Part shown: piece by piece, positions 62,001 to 64,000 of the stretch
Numbering within the stretch: position 1 is the first letter of the stretch
Layout: each line of letters opens with the position of its first letter
Source of the DNA: Azolla caroliniana
Taxonomy: Eukaryota; Plantae; Polypodiophyta
Assembly: GCA_043228905.1 (NCBI GenBank)
Contig: JBHGNT010000002.1
Location: 26,350,001-26,414,000, forward strand
Length of the DNA: 64,000 nucleotides
Direction: 5' to 3'
Program-made: the position numbers and the translations under genes
Notes under the pieces: model-generated
Seen by the model: the letters and a program-made list of their open reading frames with translations, nothing else
The model's database searches: none
Told to the model about the DNA's origin: nothing

Positions 62001-64000
62001 CTTCAGGATGGCTAAAAAGCCATTCCATTGCCATCTCGACACTGTTTGTCACCACTCTTCTTAGAGCCTCTTCAGCTCGCTCTCTAGAAAAACCCATCTC
62101 AACAATCATCAAAATTGATGATTCATCTGGTGGAGGAGCCAATACATTGGAACCAGCAGTCCTCTGGGGATTCACATCATTCACTCCTGTGTATATGTGC
62201 GTTATAATTGAAGCAACAGAAGTTATGTAATTCACATTACACTTGGGAAATGAAGGGTGGTTCCATACAGGAAGGATGAATTCCAATACTTGTGACTGTA
62301 ATCTCTGTACAAAAGTCTCAGGTGCCACAGGAATAGCAACAAGAGCCCCAGGAATTTGCTGGGCAAGCATCTGAGCCATTGGCTGCGGAGACAGGAACAA
62401 TGTAGGTATTACAAGGTGTTCCATGAGCTTAGCAAAGCTTTGCAAAGTTTCAAACAGACATGATTTTCTTTTGGACAGAGATTTTATGTCATTGACCTCT
62501 GACTTATTCATTCCATCCTCCATCGCCACATCAGATTCTTGTGTGACCATCCAAAACATATTGCTAACATTCTGGAATGCTTGCAGCAGTTGGCCAAGAG
62601 TACCATATGCATAGAAATTATTAATCAACAGTGTGTTGCAACTATGTCTCCGACTGTCAAAAAGTATTAATTGGATATCATCAACAAGGCGGCGAAAGTA
62701 GAGACATCTGGCCATCTCCAATTGTGGAGAGCCAAGCCCACCATCAAACCCCATGTTTTCACGGAAAATCTTTGCAATAGCTGCAGAAACTTCCTTAGCA
62801 GCAGAGCCAGGAGCTGCCACATCATCACGTCGACGAGACGGTACCACCATTGCCTTTCCCAATGCAACATACAAACCACGTGCAGCATTTGTAAGCCGTG
62901 TCATTACTTCATAGTCTATAGAGTCAGGAGATTTCTGATTCAAACATTCAAGAGATTGTGTCACTTCAGCATTGGAAGCAGCTTCCACATCAAGTTGAGA
63001 AGGTTGGCTTGGAGCATGGCGTGCAAGCCGACGCATCCGCTGAGAAAACAAATCAGCTACAGCACCTTGCTCTCTTCTTGTACGACGATGAAATCCATCC
63101 CCAGACGAAATTATAGGAAAAAATTCTGGTTCCATATCCCAGTGAGAGCCAGACCCATTTCTTATAGATACTGGATTCACATACTGCACAGGAGGAATCG
63201 TAGAATCTTCATCGCCCTCTTTGTTAACGGAACCATGTGTAACATTAACACCTGTCTCGTCCTTCTTTAATTCAGCTTTTGCATCATCATACATAGATAT
63301 TTGCCACAGAACTTCCCGATACACCTTTCCAAGGTCATATAGCACATCAATTCCACCAGCACTTAGTTCAGTCATCGTGGTATTAGTGCTCCTTACCAAC
63401 ACAGAAGACAGAGATAGATACAACTCTGTTGAAGAAAGACAGCGCACAAGTTTTTTCCTATCTGAAATACCCATATCAGAAAGCTTTGCTCCACCTAACA
63501 CATTTAATGCTTCTATGGTAGATGCAAGACTTTTTCTTAAGGCATTGCAAACAGCTCTAGACAGAGGGATCGCATGAGATGGTGAGAAGGCCCTAAAAGG
63601 TGAAGACATGCTGTGTGCCACTGAGGATCCACCAAACGACACTGGCAAATTAGGTAATGAGAAAAGATTTAATATAGCTTCCACTCCTTTCTTTTCAACA
63701 AAGATTCTGCTTGTTTCGGCATTTTGCAAAAGATTTTCAAGCAACCTTGCAGCATTGTGAATATATTCAAGAAGGAAGGACTCCGTAGTTTCAATCTCAG
63801 AAGGTGTTGCTTCAGATTGCTGACCAACTTCAAAAGTAGCTATTTCCGACTGTTGCCCAACCACTTCTGAATCTGCCTCCATTGGCACAGAAGCATCACC
63901 ATCACTCTCATTTTGTGATTGCTTTGAGTCAGTATCAACAAAACCTCCGATTATAGCAATTTCTCTTAATATCTCTATGCAAGCATCAACTCCATCCCCA
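53018..64000 (-). CDS. UPL1: HECT E3 ubiquitin-protein ligase UPL1/UPL2 (HUWE1/Tom1-like), 5' part outside the window
   Basis: Exons >64000-57880, 57802-57485, 57383-57191, 57089-56833, 56753-56410, 56258-55175, 55077-54931, 54509-54429, 54352-54127, 54046-53907, 53350-53244, 53120-53018. UBA ([16 protein letters not shown]), UIM ([12 protein letters not shown]), acidic tract, UBM repeats ([18 protein letters not shown]), HECT ([14 protein letters not shown]; catalytic AHTCFNQLDLP; EGFGFG stop). Confidence 0.97.

Noticed and set aside
58760-63577. Plus-strand ORFs overlapping UPL1 (similarly those antisense to the PPR, copia and Root-cap-like genes)
   Set aside because: They are antisense shadows of long real coding regions with no independent motifs.
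57880-64000. Exon longer than 6 kb as an unusual feature
   Set aside because: A very large internal exon is typical of plant UPL1/UPL2 genes.

Overview
Eukaryotic, intron-rich, AT-rich plant nuclear DNA. The PPR style and gene set suggest a seed-free vascular plant such as a fern (inference). Genes, left to right: last exon of a Nudix CoA-pyrophosphatase (+); an orphan single-pass coiled-coil protein (-); an intronless secreted Root-cap/VWD-like protein carrying a large Lys/Glu-rich repeat insertion (-); a PLS-E PPR protein (-); a 9-exon GT106/O-fucosyltransferase of the FRB1 type (+); an intronless DUF716/TMEM45 protein (+); a TIFY8-like gene (-); a 13-exon saccharopine-dehydrogenase-like oxidoreductase (+); and the 3' part of a UPL1/2 HECT E3 ligase (-). 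Mobile DNA includes a Mutator-type MITE with a perfect 9-bp TSD, a young Ty1/copia element whose integrase joins directly onto the second LTR, LINE fragments in introns and a tRNA-derived SINE family. There are also many local tandem duplications and microsatellites. No CRISPR, rRNA or intact tRNA was seen. I cannot show a new biological system from sequence alone. The best leads are the repeat-expanded Root-cap/VWD-like protein, the orphan membrane coiled-coil gene, the rearranged copia element and a splice-donor-containing intronic repeat. Exon boundaries were read by eye from GT-AG sites and frame continuity.
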